DNA from: Candidatus Thorarchaeota archaeon
Lineage (GTDB): Archaea > Asgardarchaeota > Thorarchaeia > Thorarchaeales > Thorarchaeaceae
Reading direction: 5' to 3'
Assembly (NCBI GenBank): GCA_963726195.1
Contig: CAVSBO010000003.1
Span: forward strand, 64,001 to 128,000
Length of the DNA: 64,000 bases
The notes under the pieces: model-generated
Seen by the model: the letters and a program-made list of their open reading frames with translations, nothing else
What the model was told of the DNA's origin: nothing
The model's database searches: none
Made by a program: the position numbers and the translations under genes
Shown here: positions 8,772 through 19,886 of the stretch, one piece after another
Layout of the letters: each line of letters starts with the position of its first letter
Position numbering within the stretch: the stretch's first letter is position 1

Positions 8772-9770
8772 ATGGAGGAATCCCAAGTGAAAGCGGTCCA
8801 AGCAACTGACCTGACGAAGATGTATTCGGACTTCAAGGCGGTTGATTCAATCTCGTTCGACGTTGACGAGGGACAGATATTCGGGCTTCTTGGGCCAAAC
8901 GGTGCCGGGAAGACGACGACTATACGAATGGCGCTCACTCTCATCAGACCCACATCTGGAAGCATCAAGGTGTTTGGTATCGACTGCGTAAAATCAGCAG
9001 CATCTGTGCGACAAATCTCGGGTTACGTCCCCCAGGAGGTCTCCATAGACACGGACCTCTCAGGTTACGAGAATCTTCTGATGTATTCGAAGTTATATTA
9101 TACGCCGAAACAGGAGCGAGGCAAGAGAATCCAAGATGCTCTTGAGTACATGGAGCTCGCTGACCGCCAGCACGATTTGGCTAAGACTTATTCCGGGGGT
9201 ATGATGCGGCGCCTAGAGATAGCCCAAGCACTCATGAACAGACCCAAGATGCTCTTTCTCGACGAGCCAAGCATCGGCTTGGATCCATCAGCAAAGACTA
9301 CTGTCTGGGACCACGTAATGCACTTGAGAGATGAATACGGGACCACGATATTGGTGACCACTCATGACATGCATGAAGCCGAAGTGCTTTGCGACAAGAT
9401 TGCCATAATGAACACAGGAAAGATTGTAGTGGAGGGTTCGCCAAAGCAACTCAAGGATGATCTGGGCGGCGACATGATCTCAATCACAGCTCATGATGGA
9501 GATTGCTCATCGATTCTTCAAGAGCACGGGCAACTACTGGTATCAAAGCCCGATGAGGGAACATACGAGCTGGTGGTAGTTCAGGGTGAAAAGGCAATAC
9601 CCGCGATTTTGGAATCTCTTGAGATTCACAAGATACATGTGGAGTCCGTATCGCTCAAGAAGTCTACACTCGATGATGTGTTTCTGAAGTACGCGGGGGC
9701 TAGGATTCAGAACGGCGGCACATGGCGCGATGCGCGAGTCACGAGAACGGCACTCAGGAAGCGAAAATAA
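8772..9770 (+). CDS. ABC exporter ATP-binding subunit (DrrA-like)
   Basis: GPNGAGKT, YSGGM, LFLDEP, TTHDM. Confidence 0.92.
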   Translation: MEESQVKAVQATDLTKMYSDFKAVDSISFDVDEGQIFGLLGPNGAGKTTTIRMALTLIRPTSGSIKVFGIDCVKSAASVRQISGYVPQEVSIDTDLSGYENLLMYSKLYYTPKQERGKRIQDALEYMELADRQHDLAKTYSGGMMRRLEIAQALMNRPKMLFLDEPSIGLDPSAKTTVWDHVMHLRDEYGTTILVTTHDMHEAEVLCDKIAIMNTGKIVVEGSPKQLKDDLGGDMISITAHDGDCSSILQEHGQLLVSKPDEGTYELVVVQGEKAIPAILESLEIHKIHVESVSLKKSTLDDVFLKYAGARIQNGGTWRDARVTRTALRKRK

Positions 9771-10540
9771 TGATTGGATCAAAATTCTTGCTAACAGTGT
9801 CCACTCTGGCTGAGTTCGAGCTGCGAAAGCTCAGGCACGATTCTTCGGAGATATTCATACGCGGAGTTCAGCCAGCGCTTTGGCTCCTCGTTTTCGGGAC
9901 CACATTTGCCAGCATGAGAGCCATGGACGTTGCGCCCTTCACCTACCTTCAGTTCCTTGCTCCGGGAGTGTTGTCACAGTCCGTGATGTTTGTCGCAGTC
10001 TTCTATGGGATAATGCTCGTCTGGGAGAGGGACCTTGGGCTTCTAAACAAGCTCCTATCTACGCCAGCCCCTCGGTCAGCAATAGTCTTGGGCAAGGCTC
10101 TATCAGCCGGGGTCAGAGGCATATTCCAAGCCATCGTGATCTTCGTTCTGGCCCTTGTCATCAACGTTCAGCTGAGTCTGAATCCGCTAGACCTTATTGG
10201 AGTCACATTGGTCATAGTGATTGCCGGGATGTGCTTCTCATGCCTGTCTATGTGCTTGGCTCCAATATTCAAGAGCCGAGAAAGGATGATGGGCATAGGT
10301 CAAGCAATAACCATGCCTCTATTCTTCACTAGTAGTGCAATCTATCCACTCAGCGCGATGCCCGATTGGCTCAAGGTTATCTCAAGGTACAATCCTCTGA
10401 GCTATCTCACGGATGCGATGAGAGCTCTGTTGCTGCCGGGATACTATTCGAACATTCCCCTCGACTTGGGCGCGAGTCTTCTCGCTACCGCGATATTCGC
10501 CGCAATAGCAACTATTCTCTTCAGACGAATTCTCGAATAG
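9770..10540 (+). CDS. ABC-2 type exporter permease (DrrB-like)
   Basis: 6 TM, ERDLG..LLSTP..R, YNPLSY motif. Start overlaps the ATPase stop. Confidence 0.9.
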   Translation: MIGSKFLLTVSTLAEFELRKLRHDSSEIFIRGVQPALWLLVFGTTFASMRAMDVAPFTYLQFLAPGVLSQSVMFVAVFYGIMLVWERDLGLLNKLLSTPAPRSAIVLGKALSAGVRGIFQAIVIFVLALVINVQLSLNPLDLIGVTLVIVIAGMCFSCLSMCLAPIFKSRERMMGIGQAITMPLFFTSSAIYPLSAMPDWLKVISRYNPLSYLTDAMRALLLPGYYSNIPLDLGASLLATAIFAAIATILFRRILE

Positions 10541-10608
10541 AGGCCTGCTGTACGGGTGCCGTTATCAGGTCGCACAAATCTGATAAGCTCTCGTTCGTCT
10601 GAAAACAC

Positions 10609-11259
10609 TTGAGAGCGATGATGGAGAGAGGACCGTACGATTGTCCGTTTTGCGGTGCTCCTTACAAGGCTGAACTGGCATCAGGCATGGTCGAGACCGA
10701 GTGCAAGATATGTGGGGGTCGGTTCCTGATTCCTTCTAGCCTGAGCGGTTTGCACGGACAATGCGTGAACCACCCCGGGTCTGAACAATTCGGACTATGC
10801 AGCGAGTGCAGCCAAGGTTTCTGTGAACGATGTCTCCACGTAATAGACCAAGGAGAAAAGAATCTATATCTTTGTCCGACATGCACTGCGGAGTACATTC
10901 ATTCGTACTCCACCGGGTCTGCGTGCTTCATTGTGGCCGGAGTGCTCACCTTCCTAACTGGGTTCTTTCAGGTACTACCTGTGACTATTTGGACTCGTTC
11001 GGTTCCTGAGTGGTTAGTGGTCTATGGCATAGGGTTTTTCTTCATGGGGGTCTTCTTTCACTTCTTTCGTCCTGCGGTGCCCACTCTTGAAGAGAAACGG
11101 CGTAACGACAAGATGAATGCGCGCGTCAATTGGGCGGAATGTCCCTATTGCAAGGCGGGTTACTTCTATAGCCTTCATCAGATCAGGCCTGATTGGACAG
11201 TGAATTGTCAGAACTGCAATCTGCCAATCGACCTACGAAGTGCCTTTCACGACATGTGA
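10609..11259 (+). CDS. Multi-Zn-finger membrane protein, paralog 5
   Basis: CPFCG..CKICG; CVNHP..CSEC..FCERCL..CPTC; 2 TM; CPYC..IRPDWTVNCQNC (closest to paralog 4). Confidence 0.8.
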   Translation: MRAMMERGPYDCPFCGAPYKAELASGMVETECKICGGRFLIPSSLSGLHGQCVNHPGSEQFGLCSECSQGFCERCLHVIDQGEKNLYLCPTCTAEYIHSYSTGSACFIVAGVLTFLTGFFQVLPVTIWTRSVPEWLVVYGIGFFFMGVFFHFFRPAVPTLEEKRRNDKMNARVNWAECPYCKAGYFYSLHQIRPDWTVNCQNCNLPIDLRSAFHDM

Positions 11260-11300
11260 GTCATGGGGCTTCACAACGACGGAAGATTTCGCCCTGTTGT

Positions 11301-13173
11301 TCAGCGTGTGGAGTGAGCTTCCTGCTTGAGCGACTGGATATGTGCCTTCAGGACATCCTCTGAGTTATCAGCTCTCACGAAGATGGGTACACTGTCCAAC
11401 CCAGTGGCTACGTAACTCGACAACAGCCAAGAGCCGGGTGGAAACTCAAGTGTCTTGTCCAGAATGCTCAGATCTATCTGGAACGAACTGCTGACGACCG
11501 TGCGATCGTATGGTCTGGGCAATGTGCCCACGAAGAAAGTGTGAAGTTGCTGCATGATGTTAGTGTTCACGTAGGCTATCCTCTGAGTAGCAATAGCCCC
11601 GCCCAGTCCATACTTCCTGCCCTGTCGAAGCAGTGTTCTCAACGGAGCGACTACAGCGAGCAACGTCTCCTGTAGCACCTGAAGGGATGAACTCCTGAGC
11701 CTCGTCAAAGACAAAGAGCATCTGAGGCTTGATTTGGAAGCTTCTTTTCCTGTGCCTAAGAGCCGAGCCAGTCATGCTGACTACGAGTTCCCTTAATGTC
11801 TCCGGGTCTGCGATAGAGACGCAAATTACCCGTTCTTCCCCCCATAGCATTCTCAGAATGTCTTTCGCACTGACCCCGGACTTCTTAGCTTTCTTTGCCC
11901 GTCCCAGCGAGTCCTTGAGTTTGCCCCTCGTTTTTGCCCATGCATAGACGTTTGACTTTTCGCTTACAAAGAACGCTTGAACGGCAGCCTGAGCAGCACC
12001 ATCAAATATCTCCACGAACTGGCTATCTATCTCGTCACTGTCGTTCTTTTTCGATGTCTCCATCCACGCTTCTACAGCGGCCATGACTTCATCTATCGCC
12101 TGCACATATGTTGGCTTTCCGGACGAATCGGCTTTGAGCTCCCGCATTTCCTCGATGATGCTGCCGTATGTTGGCACTTGTGCAAGAGGTTGATTGAAGA
12201 ACGTAACTCGCCCGGCATCATAGACTGCTTTGAGAGCCTCGTTGGCTTTCGAATCGTCCTCGAAATCCCGCGGCTTCACGATAGTACGAGCGAAGTCGTC
12301 CGCAGTACTTGCCTCTTCTTCAAGTATGATGCGAGAAGGAATTTTGGGATCTGAGAAGACATCGCAAAGCAGGAACGGGTACTCGCAGCTGATGTCAAAT
12401 AGGACCAGCTTAGTGTCTGTCACATGGTATAGTATTCTCCTGAGCAAGTTTGCCATCAGATTGCTCTTTCCGCCTCCTGTAAAGGAAAAGACACCGAAGT
12501 GGTAGCGTACCAACTTAGTAAGATCCACATAGATTGGTACCTCCTTTCCGGACTCCATGAACATCCTGAGTAGCCCAATCCTAGGATCCTTTCGGGGGTC
12601 GGCTGAGCTTGTCTTCTTCTTATACCCAAGAGCCTCTTTCACCTTCCCATTGTAGATCAGGTCCACAGTCTCCATATTGATTACGTGGACCTTGCCACCG
12701 AGAAGTGGATACGAGAACCCTTTCTTGAAATCGACCTTGCCTGATGAGTCGACGACCATATCATAGTTAATCGGTATGGCGTCGAGGTGAATCATCATTG
12801 TGGCTTGGTCATCGGTATCCCAATCTGGAAGAGCCTGTTCAATGACTTCCATCTGAAGAGGATAGTAATGACTGTCACTAACGCCCCCCAATCCATAGTG
12901 CAACGGCCATATCTTTGAAATGACCATGACGGTGTATCTCTGAAGGTTCTTCTCGATTGACAACTTGGACTGACCGCGGAAGTTGTTGACTGCGAGCATC
13001 ATGCCCTCTTCCAGCTGAGCCATGAGTTCCTTGTTGTAACGAACTTTCACTCTGCAGTCATATCTGGCCGCGGAAGCCGCCCACTCCGATGTGTAATTCG
13101 CAGCGACAGGAATAACCCGTGCTAGAACACCATCAAAGGTTCCATCAAAGTCTGTGAATAGTTGTTCAGCCAT
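11301..13173 (-). CDS. herA: HerA/FtsK-family ATPase (frameshift ~11637)
   Basis: N-terminal beta-barrel region, Walker A FSFTGGGKSN, Walker B LFVFDEAQ, then RQGRKYG and ATQR in the shifted frame. ATG 13173 overlaps the nurA stop. Confidence 0.85.
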
Positions 13174-15084
13174 ATCTCCTTGTTTGCTCAACTTCTGACC
13201 TCCTTTCTCTGAAGGTGCTGAGATAGAACAGGAATTCTCTTAGTTGAGGCCTGTTTGTTAACCAACACCCCGTGCTTTCGACCATCGACGAAAACTGTGA
13301 GTAATGAAATTTCGCAATCTTGTCAGCTGATGTACAGCGGCCTTAGGTGGCCAAACAGCTCCGGGATGCTGTTGCTAGTCATCTTCGTGAATAAGCTCAT
13401 GATAAACGACTGTATAGCATTCTCTCTTGCCAGATAGAGAACAACATAAACGGGCTCGGGCTCGTCGGGCTTTTCCATGTAGTCGTGCATCAAAGTAAGA
13501 ATCTGGCCGTCATCTGTATCAAAGTCTGGGTAGACGAGGCGGTCATAGAGGAGCACGTTACTTCGAAGCTTGGGATCGGACTTGGCCTGTGATAGTTGAA
13601 AATACGCTTTGGCGAAAGTCTTGTTGAGGGATATCTGATTGCGTCGTGCTCCGGAAACCAGCCCCTTCACTCCGCCGAAGTGCGGAACAGCAGTTTTGAA
13701 AGCTGTATCGTACTCACATGTGGCCCATGGCACCTTGAGCTTTTCTCGTTCCTGCAGAGAAACCCACTGGAGTATCATCCTATCAGTGTCAGGGATGTTC
13801 TCGCTGTCGGCGAAATTGCCTCTGAAATGCCCTGTATGATTCAGGACCGGGAGCAACTGCCTCTTCAAGTCTCTTGCAGAGGTATCCTTGGCTACACCGA
13901 TTAGGAGAGACCTGTTTTTCCAGCACTTTTCCGAAATCAGCTGAAGACAACACAATGCGAGAAAAGCCAGGTCTGTCGTGGTCAACCACTTGAAGCCAAT
14001 TTTGAACCGGTCCTCAAACGTAACCGACGAATTCTCACTGAACATTCTTTCACATACGTCGTTCACGAGACGCTCTGTGCGTTTCTTCAGGTCCTTTGCT
14101 GCGGGTTTCAAGACGAAATGATCGCGTTCTCTCGTCAGTATTCCTTGGGCTAACCTCTTTCCTCCGATACCGGTCTCCAGCGCATGGTCCAGGCGAGCTC
14201 TGCTAGATTCAGTGGTGAGTCCCAAGCGTTCAATAAGCTGGTCTCGGGTAAGACCTGATCCCTTTTCGGACAGGAGCTCGGTGATTACTCTGGGCAACAA
14301 GTATTCTCCTCTCGCTGGGGGTGTTCCCAAGGCGGGATTGCCAAATATCTGACGAGAGTAGACCCAGTCGGTAGCCGTGTATGGTCTGCCGTCGACCTTC
14401 GCGCCGATGAGGCCGCATTGTGTTTCAAGATTGATTCTCGAATCTGAGGTCTCAAAGTAGAACGACGACAGTTCTGATGAGCATATCCGGTCAAGGAGAA
14501 GAATGTCAACAGGCGTCTCGGAAGCTGACGAGCTTGTAGCCCAGATAGAACTCCGCGAGGCTCATCATGTAGTCTGCAAAGGCAGAGTTGTCTATCACCC
14601 ACGAATCACTCGGAGTAATGGAATCGTCGATAGAACCGTCTTCATCCGTGACAAGCAGTGTACGGTCGATACTTAGGACGTCATTAATGTACATGGGCAG
14701 AACACTGGAAACCCCGAGCCCTGTTTCTAGACAGGAGTCATCACATTCAATCTTTACGGCTCCTGAGGGACTCACATGAGCAGCACCGTGGGCTGAATAT
14801 GCCCCAGCGAAGAACACTATGAGATCAAAGACAGGGTACTTGCATACAGTACCATCCACACCTGCAAACGTGAGGTCGCGTTTTCCGAAGAACTTGTCTA
14901 CGAATGAGACATCGACGGTATCTGGTGGGTATGATGTAAGTATCTTTGAGAGAAACGCATCGTAAGACCCCTGAAGCGAGCCGAACCTCTGCTGATAATC
15001 GCTTACCTGCGTTTGAGCTCCACCTAGCAACAGGTCACCTGTCTGTTTTATCCTGCGGCTAATGCGGGACCCTTTCTCTGTCAC
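13166..15084 (-). CDS. nurA: Large NurA-family nuclease (frameshifts ~14523 and ~13326)
   Basis: FAGVDGT, reconstructed DILLLDR, IGVAKDT, and C-terminal GHLRPLYIADKIAK. Joins ORFs 14506..15084, 13323..14330 and a terminal segment ending at TGA 13166. Confidence 0.75.
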
Positions 15085-15142
15085 GACCTCTCGCCGCCAC
15101 TCAAGGCGTGTTCATTTGTGAGTTTTCGGCTTAATAAGTAAC

Positions 15143-16462
15143 TCACTTCTCTCCGGCTTCAGACCCGCTTTCCGAGAGACTGGCGTTCTCCTTCACTGTC
15201 CGACCCATCCATTTCAATGCAATCAATGTGGCGACGATTGAGAGCAGTCCTAGGACACAGGCGATTCTCCAAAGAGAACGGATGCTTCCCGTGAAAGCCC
15301 AGATGAGGGCTCCCGCCGGGGCTGCGAATACTCCCGTTGAGCTCATCATGAACTGCCAAGTGCCCAGAGCTCTTCCTTTCATCTCTGGGCTTACTCCCCT
15401 CACAACGAGAGTTCTTTCAGCGCTGATCCACATGACGATGGGTACTGCCCAGAGCACATTGAACAAGACCATCATCAAGACGCCCGATCCGAAACTGAAT
15501 GCACCCACGATGAGTGAGTTCGCCGCCAGTGCGAACACCAAGCTCACCTTCGTATTTCGACCCGTGAGACCACTCGCAGAGTACGAGGCCACCGCTGTCG
15601 CCAGCGAGGAAACGCTCCAAGTATATCCGAAAGTCACTCGATCTATGCCCCATTCATCAACACATAGTGGTCCCAAATACGATACTGCCAGATACCACAC
15701 AGTGTAGAAGCCCAACATGCCTGTCGCGAACTTCCAGAAATGAGCTCCTAATCTCCGAGGAGAAGTAATGACCTTGGCTTTTGCTTTTGTTTGATTGTCA
15801 GAGCTGAGACTCTCCCGGACAGCGGCGAGCGTGGCGACGAGTGCAATCAAGGCAGCTACCGAGCCAAGGAAGAAGAGGTACTGCGGGCTATACCCTTCAT
15901 TGAATAATGTCGCACCGATGATAGGACAGAGGCCATCGACGAAATACGCTGGCATGACAACCATCATGAACTTGCGTGGAGCGTCAGGTTGGCCGGATGC
16001 AGCGATTTCGTCGGCGGGGGCGGCCCTGGATATGATGAGGATAAATGCCCATCCGAAATAAGTCAGGCCGAACGAGAACGTGATGAGCGGCCAGACTGGC
16101 ATCTGGGACAACAAAGTCAGTCCGAAGAAAATCGGTATCAATGAGAGTGCCATGGTCACTCTTCTGCCAAACGCGTCTGAGATGAACCCTGATGCTAGAT
16201 AGCCAATCAAGGTTGCAAAGGTTCCTGATGAGTATGTGAGTCCGATTTGCAGAGGGTCGAACTTCAGTACGTCCTTCAGGAAAATAGCAAATTGCCAGCT
16301 CCATAGGCTCATGGAGAACTGAGCGATGCCAACGACGATTGCCAAGCGCCAGAGTCTTCCGCTGAGACCAAGGAGCACTCGGCCTGAAGAGGCCACCTTG
16401 CCGTTTTCTGGCAAAGGCACAGGCGAAGTGATGCTTGGTGCGTCCTCTGGCACGGAATTCAT
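15143..16462 (-). CDS. MFS transporter
   Basis: 12 TM, motif A GFISDAFGRR, PEMKGRALG. Confidence 0.88.
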   Translation of the reverse strand: MNSVPEDAPSITSPVPLPENGKVASSGRVLLGLSGRLWRLAIVVGIAQFSMSLWSWQFAIFLKDVLKFDPLQIGLTYSSGTFATLIGYLASGFISDAFGRRVTMALSLIPIFFGLTLLSQMPVWPLITFSFGLTYFGWAFILIISRAAPADEIAASGQPDAPRKFMMVVMPAYFVDGLCPIIGATLFNEGYSPQYLFFLGSVAALIALVATLAAVRESLSSDNQTKAKAKVITSPRRLGAHFWKFATGMLGFYTVWYLAVSYLGPLCVDEWGIDRVTFGYTWSVSSLATAVASYSASGLTGRNTKVSLVFALAANSLIVGAFSFGSGVLMMVLFNVLWAVPIVMWISAERTLVVRGVSPEMKGRALGTWQFMMSSTGVFAAPAGALIWAFTGSIRSLWRIACVLGLLSIVATLIALKWMGRTVKENASLSESGSEAGEK

Positions 16463-16590
16463 CTCTCGGCCCGCCTTCGCCGAATACATCAGCTTAAGAC
16501 ATTGTTCATGACGCTCGTTCTGCCATAGAATGGTTAAAGTGTGGCATCTTGCCAGTCTTGGCCAGCAGCACATCCTAGGAGAATGATGTT

Positions 16591-18609
16591 GTGACGATAG
16601 CTCTGGAAGAAGATGACCTGAGACTCAACAGAGCAGTCACTTTTGAGTACTTGTACACGAACGGCCTTGGCGGTTACGCATCATCCACAGTTGTTGGTCT
16701 CAACACAAGGGGATACCATGGCTTGTTGGTTTCCTCTCTGAATCCACCTGTGGAGCGATGGCTCACGGTCGCCAGAGTGTACGAGGCAATCGGGACCTCT
16801 CAAGGTGAATGGAATCTCGGTACCGAGGAAAACGAGGAAGGCATGTCACTCCGCGGATACAGATTCATGAAGCGTTTTGAGCTGAATCCGTTGCCCCAGA
16901 TGTCTTTTGCCACTGATTCGGTCACGCTTGACAAGACTATCTTCATGGCGTACAGGAGAAACATCACCATCGTGAACTACGAAGTGAAGACAAATGAAGA
17001 GACCGTCTTCACTGTGACTCCGCTTCACACGAACAGATACCTCAACGAACGGCCGGCCCATCTGCCCTTCACTCCCGAGATTGAGCCGATGAACGAACAC
17101 ACCTATCTCGCCTTTGACGACAGGCGGAACAGCCCTTGGGTGTTCGCGTATTCTCCAGAGGCGGAGTTCATGCCTTCTAAGATTAAGACCACCCGCCCTC
17201 AGTTATATCGAGAGGACAAATCGGAGGGCATGCCACATGAGGAGGAACTCTTCGAGGCAGGAGTATTCCACACGATTCTGAGACCCGGCTCTCATTATCT
17301 TTCGTTCCTGTTTGCTGTGGGCAGCTCAAGGGCAGACCTCATAACTGGTCTCGGGCCGCTGGCGAATGCAACTAGAAAGGATTTCACCAGACTCAGATTC
17401 GATGAACTCAAGCGGCGAAAAGTGCTGAATGATAGGGCGTACTCGCTGTCCGGCAAACAACGCGACGAGGACATTGAGTGGCTCATCTTCAATGCAGACT
17501 CATTCATCGTTGATCGAGCGTCCACTAAGGCTAGGTCTGTCATCGCGGGGTATCACAACCTCGTGGATATCGGTCTCGATGCCATGGTCTCTCTGCCTGG
17601 CCTCACTGTCTGTGTTGGCCGATTTCAAGATGCAAGAGAGATACTGACAACATATGCAAGGCACTCCCGATATGGTCTCATACCGAACGACTTCCCTGAA
17701 AGAGGAATCCAGCCGAACTACTCCTCCGTTGATGCATCCTTATGGTTCATACTAGCTGTAAGGAGATACTTGGAGGCTACTAACGACCTTGAGTTCCTGA
17801 GCGGCATTATCTGGGACACCATGGAATCCGTGATTTCAGCTTACAGAATGGGAACGAAGTTCGACACACGTGAGGATACCGACGGACTGATTGCCGCCGG
17901 GATTGAAGGTGTTGAAGTCTCTTGGATGAATGAGCGCATAGAGAACTGGTGTGCAACGCCGCGTATGGGGAAGTGCGTCGAGACAAATGCCCTGTGGTAC
18001 AATGCACTATTGTCTATGGGTGACATGGCTGAGATGAAGGGACTGGACCCGTACGAGCACAGGGCTGTAGCCTCGTGGATCAAAGAGGCTTACCTGCAAA
18101 CGTTCTGGAACGAGGAGCTTGGATGCCTATACGACTTCGTTACCGATGAAGGGAGTGACTCCTCGATTAGACCGAACCAGATCTTCGCCATTTCATTGCG
18201 GTATCCTCTACTCGAGGGAGACAAGGCACAATCAATCCTCAAGGTGGTTACAGACGAACTCCTGACTCCGTACGGTCTCCGAACCCTCAGTCCAAAAGAT
18301 CCTCGATATGCTCCTGCTGTCACCGGAGGTCCTCGTAGTCGTGCAGGTGCAGTTCATCAAGGCGCAGTACACCCTTGGCTTATTGGGCCTTACATCTCTG
18401 CGTATATGGCCGTCAACGGACGAACACCGGCAACTCGCGCTCTAGCACAGAAAGAATTCTTTGCACCCGTACTTCACGCGGTACGGACTGGATGTCTCGG
18501 AACGGTTTCCGATATGTATGATGGCTCCAAGCCGTACCGTGACAGGGGCTGTATTTCGCGAGCAAGGAGCGTCGCAGAGCTACTCAGGGTATATTTTGAT
18601 GAGTTCTAA
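16591..18609 (+). CDS. Glycogen debranching enzyme (amylo-alpha-1,6-glucosidase) homologue with degenerate active-site motifs
   Basis: TNGLGGYASST..NTRGYHGLL N-domain, GLIPN, SVDASLWF, IRPNQIFA, LLTPYGLRTL, HQGAVHPWL. Confidence 0.88.
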   Translation: MTIALEEDDLRLNRAVTFEYLYTNGLGGYASSTVVGLNTRGYHGLLVSSLNPPVERWLTVARVYEAIGTSQGEWNLGTEENEEGMSLRGYRFMKRFELNPLPQMSFATDSVTLDKTIFMAYRRNITIVNYEVKTNEETVFTVTPLHTNRYLNERPAHLPFTPEIEPMNEHTYLAFDDRRNSPWVFAYSPEAEFMPSKIKTTRPQLYREDKSEGMPHEEELFEAGVFHTILRPGSHYLSFLFAVGSSRADLITGLGPLANATRKDFTRLRFDELKRRKVLNDRAYSLSGKQRDEDIEWLIFNADSFIVDRASTKARSVIAGYHNLVDIGLDAMVSLPGLTVCVGRFQDAREILTTYARHSRYGLIPNDFPERGIQPNYSSVDASLWFILAVRRYLEATNDLEFLSGIIWDTMESVISAYRMGTKFDTREDTDGLIAAGIEGVEVSWMNERIENWCATPRMGKCVETNALWYNALLSMGDMAEMKGLDPYEHRAVASWIKEAYLQTFWNEELGCLYDFVTDEGSDSSIRPNQIFAISLRYPLLEGDKAQSILKVVTDELLTPYGLRTLSPKDPRYAPAVTGGPRSRAGAVHQGAVHPWLIGPYISAYMAVNGRTPATRALAQKEFFAPVLHAVRTGCLGTVSDMYDGSKPYRDRGCISRARSVAELLRVYFDEF

Positions 18610-18641
18610 ACAGACCAGAAAAAGCCGAGGGACAACGTGAG

Positions 18642-19634
18642 TTGAGCAAGGCAACGGACATGATTCACAGGGTAAGGGTTCCGACACCATTCCCTGTGGG
18701 AGATGTCAATTGCTATTTGATTGACGGTGAGCCGCTCACTCTAATCGACGTCGGTCCAAAGACAGACGAAGCCTTGCAGACACTGACGAAGGGAGTCACT
18801 CAGACAGGCCACGAACTTGGCGACATAGGGCAAATCATTCTCACGCACGGTCACGTTGACCATACCGGGCTTGCAGCGCAAATCCTCAGAGAAAGGGGAG
18901 GACCTACCAACGATAGAACGCCTGTTCTAATCCATTCTGCAGATCTCATCCGTGTTACAGATTACGAAGGATTCACCAAACAACGAATGGACTCATACCT
19001 GAAGATTATGGCGTCTTCAGGCGTACCTTCCACTGAGAGGCCGGGAATTTCTCAGAAGCTACTGACCAAGTACTATACGGGATTGGGTGAGTCAGTGCCA
19101 CAGGCCCGAGGTCTTGAAGACGGCGATGTTGTTCGCACGGGAATTGGGGAGCTGAAGGTGCTATGGGTTCCCGGTCATTCACAGGGAAGCATTTGTCTGG
19201 TCTCGAAGAGGAATAGGCTGGTGTTCTCCGGAGACCATGTCCTGCTTGATATCAGTTCCAACCCGAGCTTGGATTTCGATGTGGCGACTGAGATAACAAT
19301 GATTACACACATGAGGTCTCTCGAACGAATGAGGCAATTGAAAGGGTATTCTGTTCTGCCCGGACATCGGGAACAGATAACTGACCTCGCCGGTCGTCTT
19401 GACGAGCTCGCGGTTGAGTATCGTCAAAAGCTCGACAAGGCGAAGAGTCTCCTTGACTCGGAGCCGAAGAGTGTCTACCAGATTTCAAGGGTTATCTATG
19501 GCGAATATGATGCTCAGAACATGGTGCTTGCCCTAGCGGAATGTCAGGACCTGTTGAGAATCTTGCAGCAGGATGGTCTTGCTGTCTTGGAAACCAACTC
19601 AGGCATTGTCTGTGCCAGAAAACCCGGCCGATAA
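18642..19634 (+). CDS. MBL-fold metallo-hydrolase with C-terminal wHTH-like region
   Basis: THGHVDH, PGHS, SGDH, PGH. Confidence 0.88.
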   Translation: MSKATDMIHRVRVPTPFPVGDVNCYLIDGEPLTLIDVGPKTDEALQTLTKGVTQTGHELGDIGQIILTHGHVDHTGLAAQILRERGGPTNDRTPVLIHSADLIRVTDYEGFTKQRMDSYLKIMASSGVPSTERPGISQKLLTKYYTGLGESVPQARGLEDGDVVRTGIGELKVLWVPGHSQGSICLVSKRNRLVFSGDHVLLDISSNPSLDFDVATEITMITHMRSLERMRQLKGYSVLPGHREQITDLAGRLDELAVEYRQKLDKAKSLLDSEPKSVYQISRVIYGEYDAQNMVLALAECQDLLRILQQDGLAVLETNSGIVCARKPGR

Positions 19635-19886
19635 CGGTTCAAGAGCAAAACGACACGATACAAGGTTATAAGGACTCAAATGGTAGCAACTCCTGCAGTT
19701 TTTCGGCTTTCTTTCATCAGGGGCTACAGTAACCGTGCCCATGATGTACACACCAAATGAGTCAATGCATCCTCTTGTTCCACTCAGAATACGTCATGTG
19801 GAAGGGTGGGTTGACAGCGAGAGTCAATCTCGTTCCGACTGCGATTGGGAGGAGGCTGCATTCAAGGCTCACGGTGAGGGAACAAT

